Shown here: piece after piece, positions 36,551 through 55,428 of the stretch
Layout of the letters: each line of letters starts with the position of its first letter
How positions within the stretch are numbered: the first letter of the stretch is position 1
DNA from: Raillietiella orientalis
Lineage: Eukaryota
Assembly: GCA_036172245.1 (NCBI GenBank)
Contig: JAYWIR010000035.1
Coordinates: forward strand, 1,054,001 to 1,118,000
Length of the DNA: 64,000 nt
Direction of reading: 5' to 3'
Translations under genes and position numbers: made by a program
The notes under the pieces: model-generated
The model's input: only the letters and a program-made list of their open reading frames with translations
Databases searched by the model: none
Told to the model about the DNA's origin: nothing

Positions 36551-39500
36551 CGCCTGCAGTGATCTGGAATTCGCTCTTATTTTTTTTTTTTTTTTGAAAG
36601 TCGTTAGTCCTGATTGCTACTTGTATCAATTTGTATCATGAGAAGACGTCCTGTATGCGACATGCCTAACAAAAACAAATACTTCAAAAACCTTTTAAGC
36701 TTTACTGTAGCAACACGTGTATGCGTGCATAGACTACATACTATTTCATATGTGTCTCACTTATTATGTACTGCTCATCCCTCATTGATGAATTTTCTTA
36801 TGTTATTTGGCATGCATTGCAATTCTTCTTATAGATACACATTTTCTATAAAATTTTCAAATTCTAAAAAAAAAGAATGATCGACATATGTCAATAGCTC
36901 AAGCTATTATGAGGTTCTATTTCTGCCGTCCGAATCATGTTCTTAGTATCGTGCGGTTAGTGAAGTCAAAAGATCCATCCTTGCATCCCTTAAAGTATTC
37001 CGCAGTCTCTCAGGGTCGTTTTATACATATCTGCACGTTCCAGATCGAGAATTTCTTGGCGATGTCCCTTTATTTCTTAGCAAGGAGAATCCTTGGAATT
37101 TCTACCACAGCCTCGTCCGGAGTAGATTGTCCGTCTGGGTGGGAAGGTGATTCAAGGAGATCAGTCACTCATCTAACGAATTATTGATCTCTTCATTGAA
37201 AAATAAATTTTCAACCTTTCGGGCAGAGTTGGAGATTTGGCAACAAATTTTAGATAAGTACACAAGCAATAGATCTGGAAAACATTGCATCTGAGAAAAA
37301 TGAGAATAGAGATCGAGCCGTGCTGGAACGCAACTTCAGCTCTTTAGCACAGTTAATAAAAGGCTGGGCGGGAGGATTTATGACATCATTTGTGATGTAC
37401 AGAACCTCATAGGCGGCATGCTCTAGCTCCCGTTCTCTCCAGAACCGGAAACAGAAGAGTTCGTAAGGGCTGCTCCTACGGTCGAAAGGGGAATGGGTGG
37501 AGAGTCAGATCGGCATGAGTTGTGCACACCTGAAACGCCTATTCCGCTGTGGACCACGTATCCGTTCAAACAGCGTTCTGTGGCCACAGTTCCATGCAAA
37601 CAAATACCACATGTTAAACGAAACAAAAAAATTACAAGTGAAAAGCAAAAGGTTGCCACTCCAAATTAAATCTTAGTAATCAGTTATTCGGATCAATTTC
37701 AAATGTATTACGTATGGTATACTTGACAAAGTGCGAACTGTTATTCTCACTTTGTCCATTAATGAATATATTATTTATATTTAGGTATAAGAAGTTTATC
37801 TTATCTCTGTACAAGCATTTAATAATGAAACAAAACAAAAGTAATCCACATTTATTATGTACGTTCATGGTATTAATTATCCTTCCCTGTAATGTATCGG
37901 TCTCTAAGAAATCGATTAAACAATATGATAAAAAATATTAATTTTAATTTACTTTTAAATGAGTTGAGTATATTTTCATCAGCAAGCTTCAGCTGCTTAC
38001 AAATTCGAAGAATTCTCAAGGGCAACACTGGGAAAGCTGCAGGTTGCATTTTTTCCATCTTTAGCTAGATTCTGATCGTTCGTGATCTCAATCAAGCATT
38101 CTGTGGGCCTTTTCAGCTGTAGAAGAAAGCGATTCACAATCTGTCAGAATGGACAAGGTTGTGCCATACGAGGATGTTAACTATTTGTCTAGCAGCACAT
38201 CTGCACATTTACCCAACCATGCCATACACTTGTTACGGGACAATGCAGACTCATGCCCCACTTCAGTCATGCCTGCCATGCCTGCTAGCTGTTTACATGA
38301 GCAGCAAGACTCCACCAAATCCTATATCTACTGGAGAAGGGGAGGTATGCTTACTTTCCGGGGTTTGCACACGAGAGAAAGGACGGCGGCTGTCCAAAGG
38401 ACTCGACCCCCCCCCACACACACTCCCTGTGTCAGATAGGAAGCGCACGATGCAATCATCACAACCAAGCATTGCAAACGAGTGGTACCTTCAGCAGCTA
38501 CTTATAGCCATTAGTACCACCCTCCGCCGCAATTGCTGCAGAGGGGAGGTGGAAAACTCTTGCTCTTGTTTACTCCACTCGTCCACTTATGATGTCCTGG
38601 ACCCCGTTCGAAAACTGACCGTTTTTCCCGCAACAAGACCAAATAGGAAAAACAGTAGCAGCCTTTGGACCAATTTCCTCATTCTCAATCGAGGGAAAAG
38701 TCTAACCGTAAACACGTCAACTTTTTCGAATGCTGCCTTGAATCCACCATTCGGAACTCAGGCTGCTCATGACGAACCCTGAGGCTCAAACTGCGCCCAT
38801 ACGTTCCTAGAAGCCAGAAGCAGCATCCTTTCTTGAACCACACTTTTTACAAATCACATCCTCCTTGTGTTCCTCTTTCCAATCTCTTCCACTCCTGGGC
38901 GCCAATCCTTGCTAGCTGAGCGTTTTAGCAGTCGCGATGCTTCTTTGTAAGGATTGCAAAGCTGCAAACTCTTGGTCGAACGCATGCTGCTTCACATGGT
39001 ATCCGTGACTCGAGCACAACCTCCCAACGCTCACCCAAAAGCAACGAGGGTTTCATCGAAAGAGAAGGAAGATGCAGAGTGCTTTCTCGAAACTCCACAC
39101 ACACGGCAAACCAAGGTATGAATCGAAACACACCAATCTGCACCCATTTTCGAGGCATACGTGTACGTGTCCCATGGTTCTACTACTATCTTTGCGCGAC
39201 AGACTGGATGCAAGCACTCACAGTCAACCTGCTGTACGAAAGGCAGCCCTGCATACGTATTGCCTAATGGTGGGATTACATCATATCTCAGTATCAGAGA
39301 CAACTATGATTGCTAGAAAGAATTAGGCACATTCCGTGTTAGGATTTCAAAAAGTGGACTTGAATCTCAGATCTTGCAGATCAAGATAACTTACTCGTTT
39401 CATTATTGTTAGTTTACCTTGCTGGAAATGCATAAAAAACATAACCTATCAGAATCTGAGTTGATGTTCATAAATTTTGGAGATGTGTACGTGTTTTTTA

Positions 39501-39785
39501 CTGAGTTGTAGATTGTGCACTCTGCATTCTGCACACATCCCATTTTGTGACTTGGCAGATTAATCATCTCGACTAACTGATCATGTTTTTCTAAGAAAAC
39601 AGCACCATCATCTCAGTAATTTCGATCTTGGGAGAGGTGCAAAGATTATTCTTTGTCAAAAATAAGTCAATAAAAACAAATTAGTCTATGCTTGCACTCA
39701 CAGTTTCTTATGTGAAAGCATGTTAAACAACTAATAGTAATGCAATCCAACATAATCAATTAAGTATCATAAACATGATTTGCTT

Positions 39786-42364
39786 TTATTCATGATAATT
39801 CAGTTTAAGGCATTTTAAGCTTTGCTTAAAAAATTTTGGAAGTGGGGCTGTAATAAACACATTTTGTGATCCTATGATTCCTGGCAATACAAGCTTCTTG
39901 GCATGCAAATGCATCGGTATAGTGCGAACTTTCTGTTGTCTTACATTTAGGCATTTGAGCATAGCTTCAGGTAACATCTAGAATCAGAAGAACAAAAGAT
40001 CAACATGAGAAACTACAGAAACTCTTTACCTGAGGAGCCAATTTATTAAGATAGTTGTATTTATGATCTCCCAAAATTGGACACTGCAAAGCAAACCCTA
40101 AATGCACACGAACTTGATGTTTTACTCCAGTCAAGGGATATATTTCCACAAGGCTGGCAGATACATTTTCAGAGGTTTTCAATACCTTTTTAAATGTGTT
40201 GAGACAGTAAGTCAATGCCTCATGCTACTCACTTTATATTGAGTTACAGTTTGAAATATTTTTGATGTTGTCTGCTTCCTACGTAGTACATCAGGCACAT
40301 CAACTGGATGCAAAACCATGCGATACTTTTCAAAAATTTTGCCTTCCGCAATTGGTATTTCAATGCTTCCTACACAATATTATTCGATCTTTGTAGATTG
40401 GAGCTACCTTCCATTGGTGAAGGAATTCCTTTGCACAAGGCCCAGTATGTCTTTTGAACATTTCCATGTGAAAACATGTTTTTGATTTTTTTGCTCATTT
40501 CCTTTGAAGTAGCAAACAGAAGCACCCCTGTAGTACTTTTATCCAGTCTATGGACAGGAAGGATGCACTCCACTTTCAAAATTCGGGCAAGAATTTCCAA
40601 GTGTGATAGAATGTTTAATTTGCTGTCTTCATCAATACCACCACCTGATTGACTCATCAATCCATAAGGCTTATTGATTGCTAATAAGCCATCTGGAATT
40701 AGCTCAAACATTAGATCTTAGACTTCTATCTTCATACTTTGATTATAGATCACGCTTCCTTTTAGCACTGATAAGATTTCTTGACGAGTATACTTTTCAT
40801 AACAAGGAACTTCGTGAGAATAAACTTTATAACCAAAAGAATCCAAATCTTTCTCAGATATCGATTTTTCAGAGATTTCAAAGTCGACTAGATCTTTCAA
40901 GTTTCCTGTCCTGAGTTTCTTAACGAATGTATGTGCTGTAACTGGATTTTCTTTTTCTGAATCTGAAGCTTAACATGTGCTACTGTTTAGTCATACCTAA
41001 AACTAGTGCCATACTTACATTCAGCAGTGCTATTTTTCTGCAAATGAGTTGATTTTTTAGCTTGTGTCTTCAATGAGTGACACCTAAGCTGTGGCTCATC
41101 AACATAATCATCTGTGAAAACATCTGAAGCTTAACATGTGCTACTGTTTAGTCATATCTAAAACTAGTGCCATACTTACATTCAGCAGTGCTATTTTTCT
41201 GCAAATGAGTTGATTTTTTAGCTTGTGTCTTCAATGAGTGACACCTAAGCTGTGGCTCATCAACATAATCATCTGTGAAAACATCTGAAGCTTAACATGT
41301 GCTACTGTTTAGTCATATCTAAAACTAATGCCATACTTACATTCAGCAGTGCTATTTTTCTGCAAATGAGTTGATTTTTTAGCTTGTGTCTTCAATGAGT
41401 GACACCTAAGCTGTGGCTCATCAACATAATCATCTGTGAAAACATCAGAGAGTAAAACAGAAAAGAATGATATACTTTATCATCACCATTGCTAATGCTT
41501 GTATCTCTTTCCTGGTGTTTCTGTTTATCCACATCTATGTTTGGAGATTTTGACCAAGATGCTGATGAAGTTTCTGATTTCCTTTTCTCATCTTTCTCTT
41601 TCCCTTGCATGAGCTCATTTTCCCTTTCCAGATTTATCCTGCATGATAACTGAGACATTTTATTCTTAGGTTCTGTATATGTCCTTGAAAAGTGAAAGCT
41701 TGACTGCTTGAAATAACTATTAGATGAGTTTTTGGAAACTTGGGGTGGAGTAATCTTATGTGTAACAGTGGGAAGACTACTTAACACAGCATTAGAGGAT
41801 GATTCTGAGGTTAGCATCAAAATGTGTAACAGAAGCAACGTTGCTCTTACCTGAACAAGGGGCTTCAGAATTCTTAAAATCTGATGAAATAGGCAAACTA
41901 GGTAAGGAAGACTGTACTGAAAACTTCTTCAAAGATAATTTTTCTAATTTGCATTTTTCATCTATCTGATCTTCCTTGGAATTTTCATGTTCAGTTACAT
42001 TTTCATGTTTTGGATGCAAGTGAATCATAAGATCCTCTGGAGAATGGTTTAACAATTTGTTAGTAGTTGAACTATTAGGCAACTTTATGCTGTTTTTAAC
42101 TTGAGGTGTGTCACTACGATCTAACCTTAAAGTCCCAAAGTGAAGGGAATAACAATACTCAAAATCAGAATCTAATTTTTTTTTTTCAAATAGATATGCA
42201 TATTTTTCCAGGGGATTGACTTGGGGTTCAGAATCAACAATTGCTTTTATTTTGCATTCCCTAGGATGTGCAACACATCTGGGAAAATTCCTTTTCTGGG
42301 TTATGAAAATACAGTTCTCTTTATGGACAATAAATGAAAATCCAATTCTTTGCATACGTTTCAT
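39786..42364 (-). CDS. RPUSD4: RluA-family RNA pseudouridine synthase, RPUSD4-like (probably mitochondrial), with long N-terminal extension
   Basis: Motifs LLAINKPYG, VHRLDKSTTGVLLFA (catalytic HRLD), VQKTYWAL, LVEIYPLTGVKHQVRVHLGFALQCPILGDHKY and MHLHAKKLVLP, joined by short GT-AG introns. The first in-frame ATG at 42364 gives an Arg/Lys-rich start (MKRMQRIG); the start is inferred. Confidence 0.85.
40961..41446. repeat. Three near-identical tandem copies of a 161-bp unit (105-nt exon + 56-nt intron of the RPUSD4-like gene)
   Basis: Unit starts ATCTGAAGCTTAAC at 40961, 41122 and 41283 (period 161). I see only two differing positions, both in the intron portion. Confidence 0.95.
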
Positions 42365-43224
42365 GTTATTTGGAAATGAAATATCCACACGTGCATTATC
42401 TTTCTTTAGTATATTTCAGTGAATAATGCTGAACAGATGAATGCTGCACAAAACAGTAACAGAGCAAATGAGGAAATGTAAATTTGCAAATATTTTTCAC
42501 AGGAATCTGGATTTCTTCATGAAAGCATTATCTGACTTATGGAATAATACATAAGTCCTCTCAGAATAAACTAACTGAGCAATGGAATTAAATACACCAT
42601 GAAAAAGCCTCAAATTTTAAAATATATCTTTAATGTTAAAATACGTTTTTCTATGAGTTCTGCAAAAAACATTAGGCTGAACTTAATTATATTAACTTAA
42701 TTTCTAAAATGACTCATTAACACTGAAAACGGAAATTCAAATTTATATTTCTGCATTTGTCGGCATCAATTTCAAATGACTAATGCATTCTCTTATAATT
42801 GTAATGCAACATTTTCCCTTGGTCTTTGAAATATTGGACATTCATTGCCTTTTGATGACATCATACATAGGTAGACTAAATGTTTTGCCGTGTATATTAA
42901 AATTTCCCTTCCGGACTGTTTAAGTGTGTTTATGCATTAGATAAAACCTAGGAAAATATCGAGCAGAATACTTAATTTGTGACACCTGTCTTTTCTTATG
43001 GTGAAATTTCACACATGATGAATAGTTATTTCAACATCCGATTATTGCATTAATTATTTTAATTCTTCCATTCTAGAAAGCTCTATTTTCCCTGGGGACA
43101 TTCATGAATACAACGCTGTCATATTGTATCTTAATTTTTGGTAGCTTTTTTTGAGATCCCAATCTGAATCACTTCATAAACCTTATGCACACAAATTAAA
43201 CACTGGAATGTTTTCAAAAACCGA

Positions 43225-43365
43225 GTGCACACATAAATACACCTATATGTCATACTTACATATATATATACACATATGACATATAAGTATACATACCTAC
43301 ATACATATATACATTTATATATGCACATGTAATATACACATATGTACACATATACATGCATGCAG
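43225..43365. repeat. Degenerate (TA/CA)n microsatellite-like tract
   Basis: acatatatatatacacatatgacatataagtatacatacctacatacatatatacat... Confidence 0.85.
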
Positions 43366-44239
43366 ACATTAATTAAAATACAAAAATGTAAACATAACTA
43401 AAAAGACGAAGAAATCATACAGAAAAACGCAGTAGTTAACACCTATTACATCTTTTCAAAACCAAAATAGAGAAAATGAGAAAAACAATATTCTTAAATA
43501 AAAAATTAACACCACCACCATAATGATCAAAATAATATTCTGATCTGTAATTTGTAAACATTTTAATCATAAACCATCGTTTTAAGTGAAACATATTTTT
43601 AAAATGAATCGGTAGCCTATCTTCCAAGCAAACTGAAATAAATTGCAATGAACCCTAAGGACCAGTCAAGGCACAGTTTAAACTTTTTTCATGATTTTAA
43701 AATAGCTGCATAGGTCCCTCCTAACCCATTCAAAGGTTGGGACTCAATAATCTCAAAATAAGTCAATATAAAAATAATAACATGAAGGATTGAAAGAAAT
43801 GGGAAACATAAAGTATTCCGGCCGACCTAACCTTCGATTGGCAACGTGTTTTCCATTAAGTCAATAACACCAGCGTTGGGCTTTCGGAAAACAGTCTTGA
43901 AAAAAATAAAATAAAAATGTAAACCATTTACTCGTGGCTCTTGAATAAGAAACGATTCTAAATAAGCAGTGTGCTCGATGCAAATAAAAGATGCAGTGAA
44001 AGTATGATACGGTTAGAGGATTAGAATAAGAGAATCATAAAAGTTTATTTTGATTAGAAATATGGCACAGGTTATGTGGGTTATTTTACGACGACATGCT
44101 GATGAAAGCACGTTACCTAAGCAATTAATTACTGTTCTTAGAGTTTTGATTTGCAGTAAAAAAGACTGACAATGCTAATGAGATCGAGGATGTTGGGTAT
44201 TCAGTTAGCGTCAGACAAACTGGGAATTGCTCATTACTG

Positions 44240-44735
44240 AATATGTTCAATAATCAGCCCGCAGCCCCTCAGGCCGCACGTGGCCTGTGTGGCCCAAGGC
44301 GCCTTTTTTTGCAGCCTTCGAGACTTTCTTGCAATTGGAATTAGCGTCGTAATTGTGAGGCTCGTTGATATGACTGTCCTACTTCACATGTTTAAACGGA
44401 AACACTGGATGAATTCCGGCCACACAAAAAGGACTGCCATTGCACATCATATTGGTTTTAGAGAAACTGCAAAAATCGTCTCATTTAGTGAAGTTTTCCG
44501 TTTCGATGTTTTTCAAATATACTGTTTCGAACCTGTACAAATTGTATCCTGATAAAATGCCAAATGCTAGTGATGGGGAGGGAAAAAATTATGATGAGCA
44601 CCAGAACTCTAATTCTGGTTGGACTAGAGGATTGTTCTTTATAGAAATACGTGGGAGAGTGGTCTGGTTAATGCGTCTTGAATCTGTTGCAGCTACAAAA
44701 AGAAACCAAAAATGCAAACTGCAGAAACATTTCAC
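44240..44735 (+). mobile_element. 5' remnant of a hAT (Buster/Charlie, GTF2IRD2-like) DNA transposon
   Basis: GGCC-rich subterminal motifs (cagcccgcag...ggccgcacgtggcctgtgtggccc) precede YDEHQNSNSGWTRGLFFIEIRGRVVWLMRLESVAATKR, which resembles the N-terminal BED-like region 'R.F...WT..YFF.E..GK.VCL.C...VAV.K'. Confidence 0.6.
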
Positions 44736-44849
44736 CATAGAATGCATAGTTTGTGGGAAAGTAAGGCCATCATTAAGATTTTCCATCCATCATCCAAATG
44801 CCATAATAAATGATTGTTCATTCCTTTGAATTTGTTATACAAAAATCAG

Positions 44850-44871
44850 CCCTATTTTTGGAGGCACTGTA
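44850..44871 (-). mobile_element. Possible Tc1/mariner terminal inverted repeat end
   Basis: The minus strand reads TA-CAGTGCCTCCAAAAATAGGG, a Tc1-like TA|CAGTG terminus. No partner TIR was identified. Confidence 0.3.
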
Positions 44872-45699
44872 CGGTCTTTGGATGTTGGTTAGAAGCCAAA
44901 TAAAGCTCAAGTGCTCCAAATTTAGGAAATAGGAATGAAGTCATCTGTCCTATTTGTTGATCATTAACACAGAGGTGCTCCTTTTTGGTGTAACTTCTAT
45001 TTGAGTTAATGATCACGACAGATTGAAGGTCGAAAGCTCAAACTTTTGCAGGAAATGCAGAGGAATCCGGAGCAGCTGAAGAAGAAACTAAAAAAGGCAT
45101 CTTAGCCTAAACAAGGATTTTCGTAGGAAGAAAGCCTAGCTGGCGTTCAGGAAGTCTGCGTGAGCGCGTAAACTTGCTAAAATACAGAAGATAGAAAAGA
45201 ATAAAGCGAGACAGCCAGCGTGGCAAAAAGAGGAGGAAAGCTAGGATTCTTCCGCATAACAGAAGATATAAGTGAAGACCATAAAGAATAAAAAAGCAGG
45301 GCGTAAGAGATCTGACATAGTATTCAAGGCACCACTTAGGATAGATATATCGAAACTAGAGAAGCTGCACTCCTGGATCAGCTTAGTATCGTATATGAGA
45401 CTCTAAGACATCCATTTCAGTCTGTGTTGTATAGAATGTGGATTCTTCCAAAGAAAAGGAAAAAGACTGTGTTCCATGCGCAACAACTGATCACTATCTG
45501 AAAGACTTGAAGAACCGAGGATCCAGGACGCTGGACAGAATCCTGTGTGGCTTCCCGCCACACAGGCTAAATCAATGCATTCGCCAGAAGGCACCCAATA
45601 TTAAGAGAATAAATGGAGAATATTTAAAAGAAATGCCGTAGACAAGAGCATTGCCAAACTCCAGGATCACCTGCAAAACAGTGTGAAACTAGGAGCTAT

Positions 45700-48650
45700 G
45701 GGAACAGGATAAAAAGAGACATACTCTCCGAAGAAATTTACCAATATTAGCAGAAGCAGAATGGAAAAAACAACCAAGTAAAAATGTTCCTACTAATAGT
45801 ATCCGGTCTACCGCCCACGTAAAGGATCGTAGCCGCTTCTCAGGATGTTCAAACAAAGAACTTGGCAGAGTGCAAACGAATCATACATAAGCATGTCAAC
45901 TGCCTGCAGGTGACCCAGGAATTGATTCAAACTATCATGGATGAGCTGCAGCTTCAAACAAGATAGCACTTCATCAGAAAAAAAAAAGCAGAGATGTAAA
46001 GTTCATCATTAAGAACGATTTATCATTCTAAAAAGCTTCATATTATGAACTGGAAGTTTTATGAAGTTAGGTCCATGAGTTCTCATCCAGAAGCATTCAT
46101 TTTCTGCTCCGCTGGTTCCGTTCCCGGAACGCTCGTCACGCAGTTGTTTGAGAAGAGACAATTCTCAGGATGTTTTATGATTTTTGTAGGAGACCTAATT
46201 GTTGATACTTACAACGAAAAGCTCATGGGTTCACCAGGAACAAAAGATCACCGAGACCTGGTGGAGACATGCAAGTGAAGTTGATTGAGCACTAACCAAA
46301 CTCAAATCACTCATGCTCTACGCATAACAGACATTTTAGACCAGCTGAGTGGGTATCAGGAAACCAATCATAGCTCTTCGAATGCAAACTCGGAAAGTTC
46401 AAACAAAAAGCGGAAAATTTCCGAGGAACGCCGAATGTGAAGTGTCATTATTATGGAAGTCATTTTCATGGAAGCATGGTGCTAAAAGCTCATACCATAT
46501 GGAAAAGTGGAGAAGAGGTTCTAAAAGATCATTCATTACACGTGTAAAAGACTGAGACTCAATGAAGAACACTGTCTAGCTCTTCTAAGAAATGCAAGAT
46601 AGTGACAAGAGTTGACTCCGAGAGGTGTATGGGAAGACGAAGCTAAAAGAATGCTCCTAAGATGCAAACTGATAACAATACCACAGAGAATCGTCAAAAT
46701 GCACGTGAAGGAAAAGAAAAATGCTCGAGAGGATGGATATCATATATTCATGTTTAAGCAGAAAGCGATGTCCCTTACCAGAAACTAGAAAATCTCAAAA
46801 GCATTCCAAATGTGAAGCTGTCTGATCTGTCGCACTGCAATCCTCTAAACAGGAGAAGACTTTGAAATTTGCTTGCGACGAACAAACCGAAGACCACAAA
46901 AGGAGCGTTGATTACGATTTGATAAGGAAGTGGACTAGAAAAATCTTTCCGAAATTGAGGCAAAATGCGACATCTGATCCTGATCAATTTCCCATCAGGC
47001 ATTCACAAATCACCATTGGAATAGTTTCCCGAACAGTCTTGTAGATATACCAAGATGCTATATCAGCAAGATTATTCAAACAGTTCTCTATAAGGCACAG
47101 GCGGAAGGCAGTCTACCGGTCTGTTTCCATGAAGGCAAGAAACAACCAACAGGATAGGGACCTGATAAAAAATGACCTTTTTGAAGTCTTACTCTATGCT
47201 GAAGGGTTTTTTCGATCCTGAACGCCAAAAAGAGCAAAACAAACGAATATGGGAGTTTAGTAATTCCTTTAAAAAAGGACATAAACACTGTCGTATCTCC
47301 CACACAACACATGCAGGTCCAAGATGGAATTTGAAGGAGGATACCCAGAGTTTACAGGTTATCGTAAGCAAGAGGAAAACGATTGTGGAAATTGCGGTGT
47401 TCTATGGGGCTAGAGTGTTGAAAATATGAACATTCAAATCTTGATCATGATCCTTGGAAAAATCTATCCCATTTATAGGTAGAAATGGAACATACCAGTT
47501 TAGGAACATGGGCATGCAAATCTGAAAAATGCTTTGTGTGTGACCTTGCCAACATCTGGAGGCGACACCCAAGTCCGATTCTACGCACTGTACTCGATGT
47601 AAGAGGAGAATCATTTCCCATTGGGAAATGAAGAACATGAGGAGTGAACATAGACCCCAAAACCTTTAAACATCTGCTTCATGCAAAGAACCTCTTTTTA
47701 TTGAAGAACTAAGTAATCAGAGTACTTTGATTTACACTGGTGGCTCAGATGGAAACGCCTGAAGGCGCTATCTCCAACTTTTCATCAGACAATTTGAAGA
47801 TATCTGAAGACACTCACACTTCCACTCTGAAAATCAAACTTCCCATATCAGGATAGAATAGAAGAACACTTAGAGGTACATATTTGAAGGAACTCACTAA
47901 TAGAACCGGAGGAAGACATCTATCTTCTCTAAGATGGAAAAAGAAGCCTGCGGATACTATCTGCAAATACTTTTCACACGAAAGGAAAGCGATTCTTACG
48001 AGTGGCTTCCTCTTCCTTCCAAACACATTATTCCGTGAGGTTTTTTTGAAGATCGTTAAAGCAATAGGAGAATAAAAAAAAAAAGTGCTATGGCATAAGG
48101 TGCAACTGAAGGCCAAGACGAAGCTCTGACGGCTGAGGGTGAAAGAAGAATCAGAACTCTTGAACAAACTTAAGATGAACTCATCAAGGACTTGCTCCCC
48201 ATGAGTCAACCTAGGTCAGCAGCCGAACGCAGCAAACAGACAATAGAGATAGGAAACGAGTATCAAGGATTGACGAGAGCTCGGGAATCACACAAAATCC
48301 ATACAAATGAAAAAACCGACCCGTGAACACAGAAACACGGGATTGTGAGAAGATGCAAGATGACTTGTCAAAATGTAGAAATACTGAAACAGCCACCGGT
48401 TATACTTTTGCACATGGTTTCAATCTTATGAAAAACAGTGAAAATATCAATTCCAAGATCATTGGGAGTGGAGGATACGACAGAAAGAAAAATAAACGAA
48501 GAGGTCCTCTCCTCCTATTGTTGCACAATGGCGTTTGCCGTGAATTTCATTTGGAAGGCAATTGCACTAACACGCACAAAAAGAAGCATGCAATAAATCC
48601 TCATGCTGCTCTCCCAGCTGCACAAAAGAAAACTACGATGATGTGAAGAA
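45700..48650 (+). mobile_element. Heavily decayed LINE ORF2 (APE endonuclease + RT; CR1/L2/Jockey-like)
   Basis: Motif remnants in the correct order: FVGDLIVD (GDLN), ILDQL, LRQNATSDPDQFP (KA.GPD.IP), FKKGHKH (GF.KG.ST), GVNIDPK (LGV.ID.K). Many stops and frameshifts; boundaries are approximate. Confidence 0.55.
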
Positions 48651-49611
48651 CCTCTCTATTAGAACTCTCTCTCTTGAAGGACTTCTTTTTGTCTTGTGCT
48701 TTCCTCATCTTTGATCATTCACATAGTTGTGCTGTTGAGACTCTTAAGCTAGGATTTATATTACTCAGCATGTCACTTCATTCGTCCTTAAATTTCAATC
48801 CCTGACGAACTGCTCTTACGGTTCTCATCCATCTGCTTCGTTTTTAGTCCCTGGTAATGATTTTCAAGCAGTCGTGTTCCCGTGAAGATGAACTTTTTTA
48901 TCTGGGAGCGAGTACTTGTGTTCGATGCAGCTGCTGCCGGAAAGATCATCCCTGCATGAAAAGTGCAGCATTGCTTTGGCGATTCGAAGTTTTCGAGCAA
49001 AGGCTCCACAAGGCGATGGAAACGGCTGCCTGTAGTCGATGAGAATTTTCGTCTTGGGCACTGTTAGAAGGAAGCTGGATTCCGAGATTTTGAGCGACGA
49101 GCATTCGGTGAATCAGCTCCATCATCATTTAGGAAGTGCCGAAAAATGTCCTCCTGCCATCGTGTTCATCGAGGACATCGAGGTGAACCCAGCCATGAAA
49201 TAAAGCTGGCGAGAATGAACCTCGAAAGTCTTCAGAGTGTGTCTCACCCGAACTTTCGATCGTAATCTGTGCTTTCGTCTTCTTTAGGTATATTCGCGAG
49301 GGATCAGCACACGGTTCACAATCCAAAGGATCGATGCCTTTTTTTTAATGTACTTTTCAGAGATGTACCGTGTTCCCTTGCACACAACAATCAAAAGAAT
49401 GGCTGCATCATAATTTGCGTTTTTCATTACCAATTAATGTAGCGTGCTGGACGTGGACGTACGCGTACTTCAAACTTTCCTTAATTGCGCCACATTACAT
49501 GAAGAAATGTATCTCAAAGCGGCTGGCTGGTGGCGAATATTTTTTGTCTCGTGTAAATGAAGCAAAATAGCATTCTTTCTCTTAGTATAAGTGTGAGGAT
49601 TTAACCAGAAC

Positions 49612-55428
<5,817 letters not shown>

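Noticed and set aside
38159..38782. 207-aa plus-strand ORF
   Set aside because: No motif or plausible composition; the opposite strand has only vague retroelement-like fragments.
40961..41446. CRISPR-like array or U1 snRNA copies (ATACTTAC)
   Set aside because: There are no unique spacers, and ATACTTAC is just the antisense of the GTAAGTAT splice donor.
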